The notes: generated from the letters alone by a model not told the origin. 64,000 bases of DNA from Candidatus Eiseniibacteriota bacterium (GCA_963783375.1 CAWANH010000028.1:832001-896000), one strand, 5' to 3'. Counted from the first letter of the stretch, positions 37,496 to 48,427 are shown. Numbers and translations: made by a program.

Positions 37496-39157
37496 ATGCC
37501 CCAGCCCACCGTCTCCGCCCGCTCTCCCGAGGCCCCGGTTCAATTCCAGACCGCCCCCGATCGCTACCACCACTGGAAGCTCGAGTTCGAGGGTGAGATC
37601 GCCGTCCTCCGCCTGGACGCGAGGGAGGATCGGCCCCTTCGGGACGGCTATGCCCTGAAGCTCAACTCCTACGATCTCGGGGTGGATATCGAGCTGGCCG
37701 ACGCGGTGGACCGAATTCGTTTCGAGCACCCCGAGGTGCGGACGGTGGTGATCACCAGCGCCAAGGATCGCGTGTTTTCCTCCGGCGCCAACATCCACAT
37801 GCTCGGCCTCTCACCCCACGGGTTCAAGATCAACTTCTGCAAGTTCACCAACGAAACACGGCTGGGGATGGAGGACGCCTCCGGGCACGGCGGCCTCCGG
37901 TTCCTGGCCGCGCTGAACGGCCTGGCCGCCGGGGGCGGATACGAGCTGGCCCTGGCCTGCGACGAGATCGTCCTGGTGGACGACGGATCGAGCGCGGTGA
38001 GCCTTCCCGAGGTGCCCCTCCTGGGAGTGCTTCCCGGCACCGGCGGTCTCACCCGGGTGGTGGACAAGCGACGGGTACGCCGGGATCGGGCCGACGTGTT
38101 CTGCACCCTCCAGGAGGGAATCAAGGGCCAGCGCGCGGTGGACTGGGGACTGGTGGACGCGCTGGCGCCTCGGAGCCGGTTCGACGAGGTGGTGGGGGAG
38201 CGCGCCCGAGCCCTCGCCGCCGCCGCGCCCCCCCGCAGCGGCCCCGGCGTCACCTGGAAACCCGTTTCTGCGGAAATCGATGAAACCCGTCGCCGGTATC
38301 AATACGTGACGGTCGACATGGACGGAGAGGGAAGAACGGCCACGGTCACCGTGAAGGGGCCCGGGGCGGGAGAGCCGGTCTCGGCCGAGGCCTACCGGGA
38401 GCGGGGCGCCGACGCCTGGGCGCTCCGGGCCTTCCGCGAACTGGACGACGCGATTCTCGATCTCCGGTTCAACCGGCCCGAGCTGGGGCTCCTGCTGCTG
38501 AAAACCGAGGGAGAACCCGAAATGGTGCTGGAGGTGGACCGGGCCCTGGACGGCCTTCGGGACGACTGGTTCGTGCGTGAGATCCTCCTGTACCAGGCCC
38601 GGGTGCTCCGCCGGCTGGACCTCACCGCGCGAAGCCTGTTCGCCCTGATCGAGCCCGGCTCCTGCTTCGCCGGTTCGCTCTTCGAGCTGGTCCTGGCCGC
38701 GGACCGGAGCTACATGCTCGACCTGGAGGATCACCCGGTGGTCGCCCTGGGGCCGCTGAACGCGGGGGACTACCCCATGACCCACGGTCTGAGCCGGCTC
38801 CGGGCGCACTTCTACGGGGAGGAGGAAAGCGTCGCCCGCGCCCTCGCCGCGGGATCGCTGACCCCGTCCGAGGCAGACCGGGCCGGGCTCATCACCACGG
38901 TGCTGGACGACATCGACTACGAGGACGAGGTGCGGGTGGCGATCGAGGAGCGGGCGTCGCTCTCCCCGGACGCGCTCACCGGGATGGAGGCCTCGTTGCG
39001 GTTCCCCGGCACGGAAACCGCCGATTGCAAGATCTTCGGGCGGCTCTCCGCCTGGCAGAACTGGATCTTCATCCGGCCCAACGCGGTCGGCGAGCACGGC
39101 GCGCTCAAGGTGTACGGCCGCCCCGACCGGGCCGATTTCGACTGGAACCGGACATGA
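37496..39157 (+). CDS. boxC: 2,3-epoxybenzoyl-CoA dihydrolase
   Basis: LKLNSYDLGVDIELADA, NFCKFTNETR, KIFGRLSAWQNWIF, FDWNR. Confidence 0.95.
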   Translation: MPQPTVSARSPEAPVQFQTAPDRYHHWKLEFEGEIAVLRLDAREDRPLRDGYALKLNSYDLGVDIELADAVDRIRFEHPEVRTVVITSAKDRVFSSGANIHMLGLSPHGFKINFCKFTNETRLGMEDASGHGGLRFLAALNGLAAGGGYELALACDEIVLVDDGSSAVSLPEVPLLGVLPGTGGLTRVVDKRRVRRDRADVFCTLQEGIKGQRAVDWGLVDALAPRSRFDEVVGERARALAAAAPPRSGPGVTWKPVSAEIDETRRRYQYVTVDMDGEGRTATVTVKGPGAGEPVSAEAYRERGADAWALRAFRELDDAILDLRFNRPELGLLLLKTEGEPEMVLEVDRALDGLRDDWFVREILLYQARVLRRLDLTARSLFALIEPGSCFAGSLFELVLAADRSYMLDLEDHPVVALGPLNAGDYPMTHGLSRLRAHFYGEEESVARALAAGSLTPSEADRAGLITTVLDDIDYEDEVRVAIEERASLSPDALTGMEASLRFPGTETADCKIFGRLSAWQNWIFIRPNAVGEHGALKVYGRPDRADFDWNRT

Positions 39158-39209
39158 GAGACGCGGGAGGGAACCGGGCCGGGCATCCGATCCGCCAACG
39201 GAGGACAGC

Positions 39210-40616
39210 GTGAACCTGTACGACAGCATTCCGAATAACGTGAACCTGGCCGACGACCCGCGGCTCAAGCGGGCGCTCGAGAAGTGGCTCCCCGACTTCC
39301 GCTCGTGGTGGATGGACATGGGTCCGGCGGGATTCCAGGAGGACGACGTCTACCTCCGCACCGCGATCAGCGTGGACCCCAAGGGGTGGGCCCACTTCGA
39401 CTACGTGAAGATGCCCGAGTATCGCTGGGGGATCTTCCTGGCCGAGCCCGGGACCGACCGCCGGATCGGGTTCGGGGACCAGCTCGGCCAGCCGGTGTGG
39501 CAGGAGGTGCCGGGAGAGTATCGGGGCATGCTCCGCCGGCTCATCGTGACCCAGGGTGACACCGAGCCGGCCAGCGTGGAGCAGCAACGACTCCTTGGGC
39601 GGACCTGCCCGAGTCTCTACGACCTGCGGAACCTCTTCCAGGTGAACGTGGAGGAGGGGCGCCATCTCTGGGCCATGGTGTACCTCCTTCACGGATTCTT
39701 CGGTCGCGACGGGCGCGAGGAAGCGGAGGCGCTGTTGGCCCGCCGCTCCGGCGATCCCGACAAGCCGCGGATCCTCGGCGCCTTCAACGAGCCGATCCAG
39801 GACTGGATGTCCTTCTACATGTTCACCATGTTCACCGACCGGGACGGGAAGTACCAGCTCCTGGCCCTGGCCGAAAGCGGTTTCGACCCGCTTTCGCGCA
39901 CCACCCGCTTCATGCTCACCGAGGAGGCCCACCACATGTTCGTGGGCGAGACCGGCGTGGGTCGCGTGGTGGAGCGCACCGCCCAGCTCATGAAGGAGTC
40001 GCCGGACGGCGACGTCCGCAAGGCCGGCGGCGTGGACCTGCCCACCGTCCAGAAGTACCTGAACCTCTGGTTCTCCCTGTCCCTGGACCTGTTCGGCGGC
40101 GAGAAGTCATCGAACGCGGCCGACTATTTCGCGGCGGGCCTCAAGGGGCGATACCGGGAGGAGCAATACGAAGACCACCTGGCGATGGAGGGCGTCTACG
40201 ACATGGAGCTTTCCGAAGGCGGAAAGGTGGTGAGGGAGTCGGTGCCCACCCGGAACGCCATGAACGAAATCCTGCGCGACGCCTACGTGGACGATTGCCA
40301 GCGCGGGGTGGACCGGTGGAACAAGATTCTGGCCAAGCACGGGATCGAGTTCGAGCTGAAGCTTCCCCACCGCCGCTTCCACCGGCAGATCGGCACGTTC
40401 CAGGGACTCCACTTCACCCCCCAGGGGGATCCGCTCACCGAGGCGGAGTGGAGCCGCCGCCGGGGGGAATGGCTTCCCGGCGACGGCGACAAGGAATACG
40501 TGCGCTCGCTCATGCACCCGGTGACCGAGCCGGGGAAGATCGCCGGCTGGATCGCTCCCCCGCCGCGCGGGGTCAACGGTCAGCCTTTCGAGTTCGAGTA
40601 CGTGAGGAAGGCCTGA
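39210..40616 (+). CDS. boxB: Benzoyl-CoA 2,3-epoxidase di-iron subunit
   Basis: IPNNVNL, TQGDTEPASVEQQR, VEEGRH, TEEAHH, FEYV. Confidence 0.96.
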   Translation: MNLYDSIPNNVNLADDPRLKRALEKWLPDFRSWWMDMGPAGFQEDDVYLRTAISVDPKGWAHFDYVKMPEYRWGIFLAEPGTDRRIGFGDQLGQPVWQEVPGEYRGMLRRLIVTQGDTEPASVEQQRLLGRTCPSLYDLRNLFQVNVEEGRHLWAMVYLLHGFFGRDGREEAEALLARRSGDPDKPRILGAFNEPIQDWMSFYMFTMFTDRDGKYQLLALAESGFDPLSRTTRFMLTEEAHHMFVGETGVGRVVERTAQLMKESPDGDVRKAGGVDLPTVQKYLNLWFSLSLDLFGGEKSSNAADYFAAGLKGRYREEQYEDHLAMEGVYDMELSEGGKVVRESVPTRNAMNEILRDAYVDDCQRGVDRWNKILAKHGIEFELKLPHRRFHRQIGTFQGLHFTPQGDPLTEAEWSRRRGEWLPGDGDKEYVRSLMHPVTEPGKIAGWIAPPPRGVNGQPFEFEYVRKA

Positions 40617-40862
40617 CCCGCCCCGACGGTCATCCGCTCCGCGTCGCGATGCGGCATCATGAACGGTTCGGGCTGACCGGGCCGCTCCCTTCTGACAACC
40701 CCGGTGTGCCTCGAATCGGCGGGTGATACTCCCGCCGATTCGCTATAATCCGCCCGAATCATCCGTGGGGAGCGACCGGCGCCGCAATCAACCTCACACC
40801 CGCTCCCCGAATCTTCCACTCGCCTCGCCGTCGATCCCCCCGGCGGTTTGCGGAGGATTGTC

Positions 40863-41531
40863 ATGCAGATCACCGATCATCGACTGTGCCGGGACGACGG
40901 AAAGCCCTTCCCCTTCGTGGAGAGTCCGAACAAGGGGGGGCGGGTCGACTCCCGGTACCTGGTCATGCACTACACGTCGGGAGCGAGCGCCGAATCCTCG
41001 GTTCAATGGTTCAGGAATCCGGCCGCCCGCGCGTCCGCCCACCTCGTGATCGGCCGGGATGGGAGCATTACCCAGATGGTCCCCTTCGACCGGGTGGCCT
41101 GGCACGCCGGCCGGAGCCGATGGGAAGGACTGACCGGCCTCAACGCCTACGCCATCGGGATCGAATTGGACAATGCGGGCCGGCTGACCCGGAACGGCGA
41201 CCGGTGGACGGCCTGGTTCGGTACCGAATACGCGGACGAAGACGTGCTGGTGGCGGTGCACAAGAACGAGAGCGCGGCCTCCGGTTGGCACCGGTACACT
41301 TCGATCCAGCTCGACGCCGCGGTGGAAGCGGCCAACCTGATCGTAGTGACCTACGGACTGCTCGACGTTGTCGGTCACGACGACATCGCTCCCCGGCGAA
41401 AGTCCGATCCGGGCCCGGCGTTTCCATGGCGAGCTTCGTTCTCGGGTTCTCGGCCGTGAGGAGAAGGCGAGCGGTCTATCGCACGACGGCCGGCTCAACA
41501 TCCGGAGCGGCCCGGGACCGACAACCCCGGT
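40863..41531 (+). CDS. N-acetylmuramoyl-L-alanine amidase (Amidase_2), probably with C-terminal SH3b; 3' end frameshifted/garbled
   Basis: VMHYT, ASAH, AWHAG, IGIE, GHDDI, KSDPGP; LNIRSGPG continues in another frame. Confidence 0.85.
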
Positions 41532-42560
41532 AAGGGAGGCGGGCGGGGGAGACGAGGGGAGCGGGCCGGGAGGAGGGGGGAAGAGGACAGGGGGGGAGGG
41601 CACGAGGGCGAGGGAAGCGCGCGGGCGGAGGCCGGGCGGCGCGCAGAGACGGCGGGCGCGGGAAAGAACGCGCGGAGGCGCGAAGGCGCGGCGAGCGGGA
41701 GAGCCGCGGCGAGACCGCGCCCCGGCGCAGGCGACGGGGGGGCGCCGGAGCGCGGCAGGGGCGGCGGCGGCGGCGCGAAGACCGGCGCCCCCGGCCGGCC
41801 GAGGACCGCCGGGAGGGAGGGCGGCGGGCGGCGGAGACGAGCCGCGGCACGGGGGAGACGGCCGGCAGGGGGGAGACGGCCGCCCGCGCAGGCCGGGGAG
41901 GAAGACGCGGCCGGGGCGCGACGCCGGGAGGGCGGCCGGAGCGGCGCCGGCGGAACCGGCGACGCGCGAACCGCGGCGGCGAGCCCGCGGCCCGCGGCAG
42001 CGAGTGCCCGGCGGTCGGCCGGGCGAGGCGGGGCGCGCCCGGGCCAGGGCCGAGGGGACGCGTCCGGCGCGGGGTGGAGGTCAGCGGCGCCGGCGGGGGC
42101 GCGGCGAGACGGGCGGCGACCCGCGGGACGCGAGGGCGGCCCGCGGACGACGGGCGGGACGAAGACGGCCGCGGGGGCGGGCCGCCGCACCCGGGCGAGG
42201 CCGGGCGGCCCGGCCGAGGCGGAAGGACCGCGCCGGCGCGGGGACCGGCGCCGGGCCGGCGGGCGACGGCGACGCGGCCCGAAGACCGACGGGGCGCGCC
42301 GCGGAGCGCCGCGCGCGGCCGCGCGGGCGGGGCGCCGGGGGCGGCGGGGGGGCGCGCGCGGGCCGCCGCGGCGGCGCGGGGCGCCCGCGGCGCGGGCGGC
42401 GGGCGGGCCGGGCCGCCGGGCGCGGCGCGGGGCGGGGCGCGGGGGCGCGGGGGCCCGGGCGGCGCGGCGGCGGGGGCCGCCGCCAGGGGCGGCGGGGGTG
42501 CGCCGGGCCCCAGCGAGGGTAGGCGCGCGCGCCGCGGGCGGTCGCGGCGGGGGGGGGGGG
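41532..42560. other. Low-complexity G-rich, almost T-free tract (probable consensus artefact)
   Basis: I count 8 T in about 1030 nt, none from 41532 to 42004; both flanking genes degrade toward it. Confidence 0.8.
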
Positions 42561-42563
42561 GCG

Positions 42564-44019
42564 TCAGGGGGCCCAAGGGGATCCGGCGCGGGTGAAGGTC
42601 AGGGGCGGTTGGGCCAAACCCCGGGCCAGGGCGGCCGCTTCGGCCTCGGAGAACCGATAGGTGAACGCCACCGCTCGTCCCCAGGGTGATCATCTGCCGG
42701 GTCGAATCCGGGTCGGCGACGTTGAACGCGGCCAGGAACTCGTCCCGGTCCTCCGCCGTGTCCCAGGTCGTCACCCAGAGGCCTCGAAGGTTCCCGGCCG
42801 GAGGGAGGCCGCCATCCTCCCTCCGGAGCCGGCCGGGCGCATCCTCGGGCATCCGCGGCTTCCGCCGGTCCCAACCGCCGTCCGTGGACCCGCCGGCGAC
42901 CGGCCCCAGGAGATAGAACCGGTCCCCGCCCCAACCCTCCGCGGCGGGGTTCGTCCACGCGGCGGCGCTGGCCGCGGTCAGCGCGTTCACGTACTCCCCG
43001 GCCGGCGTGGTGAGGATGGCCACCAGGATCTCCCCCAGGGTGTCCCCACCCAGGATCTCGAGTCCCGCGGTCCGAACCGCCGCGGTCGCCGCACCCTCAT
43101 CCACCGTCACCGGGTCGTCGCGCCCGGCCGTGTTCCAGTACTTGTCGGGGTGGAGGATCTGTTCGGAGGAGCGGGGAAGATCGCGCGCGGCGATGAGGAA
43201 CCGCGCCCCGATCCTCGCGCCGGCCTCCGGCGACGCCAGCCCCAGAAGACCGCCGGGAGAGAGAAAGAGCATTCCGCAGGTGTACTGGGCGAGGAACGTC
43301 TGGAAGTAGGGCGGCGCCTCCAGGAAGGGCCGGCTCCGCTCGGCCTCGGATTCCATGATCTGGGTGAGGTCGGACATCCGCAGCTTTCCGGAAAGCTGGA
43401 GCTTCGTGGTGTAGATCGACATGATCGCGGTGGCCGAGCCTTCCACCGCGCCCCCCAGGGCGAAGTCGGCGTCCTGGCTTCGGGGGTGGTTTGCGATCAA
43501 CGAGTCCAGGCTCACGTACTGGTCGTCGAGGGCGTGGGTGAGTTCGTGGGCCACCATGATCTCCTCGACCTGTGGTCCGAACTGGACCCCACCTCTCCGC
43601 ACCATGTAGAAGGCCTCGGTTTCGGGATCGTAGAAGCCGCCGACCTGGTTCATGAGCACGGCTTCCAGGGTGGATTCGAAGTCGACCGAATCGGGAAGGA
43701 GTCCGGTCATGTGGAGGATGGCCTCGGTCCGGTTCGAGCGCTCCGGGGGATACTCCTTGGCGATCTCCTTCCGGAGGTAGATCCGGAGCTGATCCTCGCT
43801 GTAGAAGTCCTTCTTCACCGGATGCTTGAACGGGCGGCCGTCGATCGTGGCCACCTCGGTTTCGACCGAGTCGGCCATGGCGATGAGGGCGGCGGCGTCC
43901 ATGGGGGACGCTGGAGTCTCGGTTTCGAAGGCGGCTGCGCGCGCCGGCGCCCTCCCGAAGGAGGATCCGGCCAAGAGGAGTCCGGTCACGATGTGTGCCA
44001 TGCGTGGGTTCATATCCAT
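42564..44019 (-). CDS. Secreted HExxH zinc-metallopeptidase-like protein (frameshifted near 3' end)
   Basis: Signal peptide, VGGFYDP, VAHELTHALDDQ, VEGSA, PRSSEQILHPDKY, AAEGWGGD. Confidence 0.75.
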
Positions 44020-44032
44020 CCGCGCGTTACCC

Positions 44033-45469
44033 TCAACCCGCCCGGGCGGCCCGGCGCCCCGCCTCCAGCGCGGGCACCAGGCGATCCAGATCCTCCCGCG
44101 TGGTGAGGAAATTGGTGATCGTGGCCCGGAGCGCGGGGCCGATCCCCGTGAGCCGCGCCACCGAGATCCAGGCCTCGCCCGAGGCCAGGACGCTTCGGAG
44201 AACCGCATCCAGGTACTCGAAGGTCCCGCCTTCGGGAAGGGTCCCGTCCACGAAGCATACGGTGGGAAGCGGCGTGTCGTTAACCACCTTCCAGCCCGCC
44301 TCGGCGAGCTTCTCCCCCAGCAGATCCCCCATCCGGGTCTGGTGGCGGATCGCCTCCGCATAGCCGTCCCAGCCCGCCACCGCCAGCGAGAGGAACACCT
44401 TGAGTCCGGTGAACCGGCGCGACCATTGCATGGTGGCCGTATAGGGATCGACCACGGGAAGGCCGGCCGCCTCGCGCGGCATGTAGTGGGCGGCCACCCG
44501 GAAGGTCCGGTCCAGGATTCCGGGGCGGCGGGTCAGGTAGAGGCCGGCCCCCATCGGCACCGAAAGCCACTTGTGGGCGTCGAAGGTGATGGAATCCGCG
44601 CGCTCGATCCCGGCCAGGGCCGGCCGGAGTTCGGGGACCAACATGGCCGCGCCCCCCCAGGCCGCATCGGCATGGAACCAGAGGATCTCGCGCTCGGCCA
44701 CATCCGCGATCTCCTCCAGGGGATCGACGACCCCGGCATTGGTCGTGCCCGCGGTTCCCACCACCAGGAACGGCAGGTCGCCCGACGCCCGATCGTGATC
44801 CACCTGCCGGCGCAGGGCGTCCGCCCGCATCCGGAGCGAGCCGTCCACCGGAAGCTCCCTCACCGCCTCGGTGCCCAGACCGCAGAGTCGCGCCGCCTTG
44901 AGGAACGAGTGATGGCTCTCCGCGGAAACGTAGATCACGGGCTCGCCGGCCAGGGCGCGCGCCCCGCGATCGCGGAATTCGGGGAACGCGTGGACCAGGG
45001 CGGTGAGGACGGCGGTGTGGTTGGCCTCCGCCCCGCCCGAGGTGAAGGCGCCCTCGGCTTCCGCCGGATCGTAGCCGAAACGGACGGCGAACGCCCGCAC
45101 CAGGTGCGCCTCGATCTCGATGGCCAGCGGGCTGTGGCTCCACGCCGCGAGCTGGGGGTTGAAGGCGGCGACCAGGGCGTCGGCGGCGATGCCCATGGTG
45201 GTCGAGGCGGGGTTGAAGAGCCCGAAGTAACGGGGGTTCGGAGCGTGGGTCTGGTGGCGGGTCAGCTCGTCGGCGGCGAAGGCCACCGCCTCCACCGGAT
45301 CCAGGGGCACCGAGAAATCGAACGGGGCCAGGAGCGAGCGAATCTGCGCCGGATCCAGATCGGGCGCCACCCGCACCTCGTCCACCGTCGTCAGGTAACC
45401 CTCGATCCGGGCGATGAGTTCCTTCCAGAGCGAAGCCCGTTCCTCGGCGGTCAGCCTGAGCGAGGCCAT
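44033..45469 (-). CDS. Group II PLP-dependent amino-acid decarboxylase
   Basis: FTSGGAEAN, GTAGTT, HADAAWGG, DAHKW. Confidence 0.93.
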   Translation of the reverse strand: MASLRLTAEERASLWKELIARIEGYLTTVDEVRVAPDLDPAQIRSLLAPFDFSVPLDPVEAVAFAADELTRHQTHAPNPRYFGLFNPASTTMGIAADALVAAFNPQLAAWSHSPLAIEIEAHLVRAFAVRFGYDPAEAEGAFTSGGAEANHTAVLTALVHAFPEFRDRGARALAGEPVIYVSAESHHSFLKAARLCGLGTEAVRELPVDGSLRMRADALRRQVDHDRASGDLPFLVVGTAGTTNAGVVDPLEEIADVAEREILWFHADAAWGGAAMLVPELRPALAGIERADSITFDAHKWLSVPMGAGLYLTRRPGILDRTFRVAAHYMPREAAGLPVVDPYTATMQWSRRFTGLKVFLSLAVAGWDGYAEAIRHQTRMGDLLGEKLAEAGWKVVNDTPLPTVCFVDGTLPEGGTFEYLDAVLRSVLASGEAWISVARLTGIGPALRATITNFLTTREDLDRLVPALEAGRRAARAG

Positions 45470-45553
45470 GGCGCCCCCTCCTTCCCCTCGTCGCGGACAC
45501 TCCCGGAAGGGGACGCTAGCACCCCGAGGGGGGCCGCGGGTAGCGCGAGGTTG

Positions 45554-45970
45554 CTAGTCGTCCTCTCCGCCGTAGAGGGCCTTGATCCGGCCCCAGGTGG
45601 TGGCCTTGACCGGAACGTCGTTGTTCACGGTCACCGTCCCGGTCATGCCCAGCCCGAAGTGGAACTGGCAGTAGTAGGGAATCATCCCGGTGATGGTGAA
45701 GGTGTATTCGAAGGTCGCGTTGCCGTTGTCGAGGGGGGCGTCGAACAGGGCGCCGGCGTCCGGGGAGTTCGGGTTCACGCCGTTGGTGACGGTATGAATG
45801 CCGTCGTTCCAGTGCCAGCGGACCGTGTCCCCCTTGTCGATGGTGATCTCGGATGGGTTGAAGACGAACCCCTGCTGCTGTACGTCGTGCACCGCGGCCG
45901 AAGCGGGGAGCGCGACGAGCAGGACCAGGAGGGCGAACGTGGCGTGGAGAACCAAGACGGGGCGGCGCAT
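45554..45970 (-). CDS. Secreted cupredoxin (type-1 copper) with TWGxxK tail
   Basis: FNPSEITIDKGDTVRW, H...YYCQFH..GM copper ligands; ends VPVKATTWGRIKALY. Confidence 0.9.
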   Translation of the reverse strand: MRRPVLVLHATFALLVLLVALPASAAVHDVQQQGFVFNPSEITIDKGDTVRWHWNDGIHTVTNGVNPNSPDAGALFDAPLDNGNATFEYTFTITGMIPYYCQFHFGLGMTGTVTVNNDVPVKATTWGRIKALYGGEDD

Positions 45971-46202
45971 GGGGACCTCCCTTCGATCTGGGTTGGGGGG
46001 ATGCCGATTCCCGATCCTATCATATTCCCGGCCCCCCCCGCCGTTCCCGCTTGTAGCCGTTCGCCGGGGCTGCTTACAATCAGGAAAGACCGAGTTCGGG
46101 CGGAATCCCCGGTAGCGGGGCGTTCCCGAGCGGTCGAGACGCCCCCGGGTGTCCGGCCCAGATTCGGCCTCCTGCGCCAATCAGAAAGGGAGGACCGTGA
46201 TC

Positions 46203-46676
46203 ATGGCCATCATCGCGAGCAGCCTCAGGCAGTACCTGGACGAGCGCAAGGTCAAGTACGAGACCCTTCATCACCGGCGCGACTACACGGCCCAGGAAAC
46301 CGCGGCGGACACCGGCACCCCCGGCCGGGAGTTCGCCAAGGTCGTCATGATGAAGACCGACAAGCGGTATCTCATGGCCGTCCTGCCCGCCCATCACCGG
46401 GTGAACATGGCGAAGCTCAAAGCCGTGCTCGGCTCCGACGACCTTCGTCTGGGCACCGAGGACGAGATCGCCAGCATCTGTCCGGACTGCTCGGTGGGAG
46501 CCGAGCATCCGTTCGGGAACCTCTACGAGATTCCGGTCTACGTCAGCAAGGATCTCGCCGACGACGAGTGGATCACCTTCAACGCGGGCACCCACGAGGA
46601 CGTCGTGCGCATGCGCTACGACGACTACCAGCGACTCGTGCAACCCCGGGTGGTGGACTTCTCGATCCGGCCGTGA
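46203..46676 (+). CDS. YbaK/aminoacyl-tRNA editing family protein
   Basis: YTAQETA, FAKVV, CSVGAEHPFG, FNAGTH. Confidence 0.9.
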   Translation: MAIIASSLRQYLDERKVKYETLHHRRDYTAQETAADTGTPGREFAKVVMMKTDKRYLMAVLPAHHRVNMAKLKAVLGSDDLRLGTEDEIASICPDCSVGAEHPFGNLYEIPVYVSKDLADDEWITFNAGTHEDVVRMRYDDYQRLVQPRVVDFSIRP

Positions 46677-46716
46677 AACGCCGCCGGATTGCGTGCATGC
46701 CTTCTGCTACGGAGCG

Positions 46717-47822
46717 CTAGGCGGTCGGCCTCCCGTCACGGGGGGTCCGGCCGCGGGGCGGCGGGGCCCGGTCGGGGGAGGCGGACGGACCGGCGGACAA
46801 CCGCCGCCGGCCGGCGAGCCGCGCCACGCCGGTCACCCCGAGCCCGATCATGAGAAGCGCGACCGGCCAGGCGTCGAGTCCCGACCAGAAGGAGCTCGTT
46901 CGCCGGTACTCGTCGTCGGTCGCGGCGCGGGTCAGGAACACGGAGCCGTCCATGGGGTCATCGGGGCCGAAGATCCGGTCCAGCCGGGTCACGAACCGGC
47001 CGGGGGCGATCAGCGCCCCCAATTCGGGGTAGCGCGCGGCCACCGCCGAGGCCTCGGAGCGGTTCACCGCGTTGGCGTAGACCGTGGTGAACCCGGGAAT
47101 CGTCGCGCGGTGACCGTCGACCACGAAGAACGCCATGGGGAGCCACTCCGCCCGATGGATGGAGAGGATCGGCAGCGGAACCTCGAGGGTGTCGGCGGCG
47201 TAGGTGAACCGCACCGGATCCACGTTCACGTCCACCTGGTCGCCGAGTTCGGCCCGCGCGGTATCGAGTTTCATGGCGGTGAAGATCCACCCGCGCGCGA
47301 CGTAGGGCGCGAACTTCAGCTCGTCCTCCGGTGACAGGCTGAACCCGTTCGAGTTCAGCCAGGCGCTCAGGCCGACGGATCGCCGGCGGAGAGGATGGTG
47401 GCGTCGAAGGCCCCCACCGCGAGACGGCCGATGATGTCGACCGTCGTCTCCCCCGCCCGCGGGTTGGGCATAGACCGATGTATGCCGCAGCCCAGGTCTC
47501 CCGGCGCCCGGTCGGACGGGGCCGGCGCGGTGAGCGCGAACATCCGGTCCAGATCCGCCGTATGCGGGTTCCAGATCGGGGATGGACGGGGTCGGCACGA
47601 TCAGCCCCCACTCCGAAGCGTTCCCCGCCACCCGGATGTTGGGAATCAGCTGGATCTTCCCGCCGCCCGGTCCATCACCACGACGTTGAGCTGGCCCATC
47701 GACTGCAGCTCACAGTCCACGCAATACACGGGGATGCACATGGCCTGCGCCAGGTCCGCGGACGGCAACCGGGCGGCCGCGACCAGGAGGATCAGGAGGA
47801 CGAGGTGACGGTTCATGGTCAT
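46717..47822 (-). CDS. DUF2330-like secreted protein with C-terminal TM anchor (frameshifted)
   Basis: Signal peptide, WGLIVPTP, VGAFDATIL, LSAWLNSNGF, PYVARGWIFTAMKL spread over several frames. Confidence 0.7.
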
Positions 47823-48427
47823 CTGACCGTGACGCTCAGCCCGAGTTGTACGAGCCAGCCGTCGTAGTTGATGTCCCCGGAGCCGCCGGAATAGTGAAGG
47901 TCCCCCACGAGCGAAAGCCGCTGGCGCGCCCAGATCGAGAGCGTGGGCGAGAGCGTGATCTCGGGCGGAGTCGATCAACCCCCCGATGGTGGGAGCACGC
48001 CGGGCGACGCCGGAGCGGTCGGTGAACCCGGTCAGAACGGTTTGGCCCCCGAGGCCCAGGTAGAGGGCCACGGGGACCCCGACCCGCTCGGGTACCAGGT
48101 CGGCCTGGACGGCCAGAATGATGGGGAGCACCCAGAACTTCGACTCCGGCCGCTGGAAGGTGGGGTCGGCCTGGACCTGGTCCGCGGTGGCCCAGAGATA
48201 GTCCGCCTCAGGAGGAAACGGCTCCGCTCCGGGACGGGGGACGCTGTAGCCCAGCTCAAGATCCGGCGGTGCTGAATGGGTTTGATGGGCGGAGTCGAGT
48301 TCGACTGGAATCCGCCCCCCAGTTCGATGGAGTGGGCCTCGGTCGGGGGGGCGATGAGGGTCAGGGAGGCGGCGAGGATCGAAACCAGGCCCCCGACCGT
48401 CACGCCGGAGAACAGGGAGCGCGTCAC
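47819..48427 (-). CDS. Secreted beta-barrel-like hypothetical protein (frameshifted)
   Basis: GAAAGGAG SD, signal peptide, strands such as LYLGLGG and WLVQLGLSVTVR across frames; ATGA overlap with next gene. Confidence 0.6.

Noticed and set aside
41368-44361. Long Arg/Gly/Pro-rich ORFs across the T-free tract
   Set aside because: They arise from absence of stop codons in low-complexity sequence
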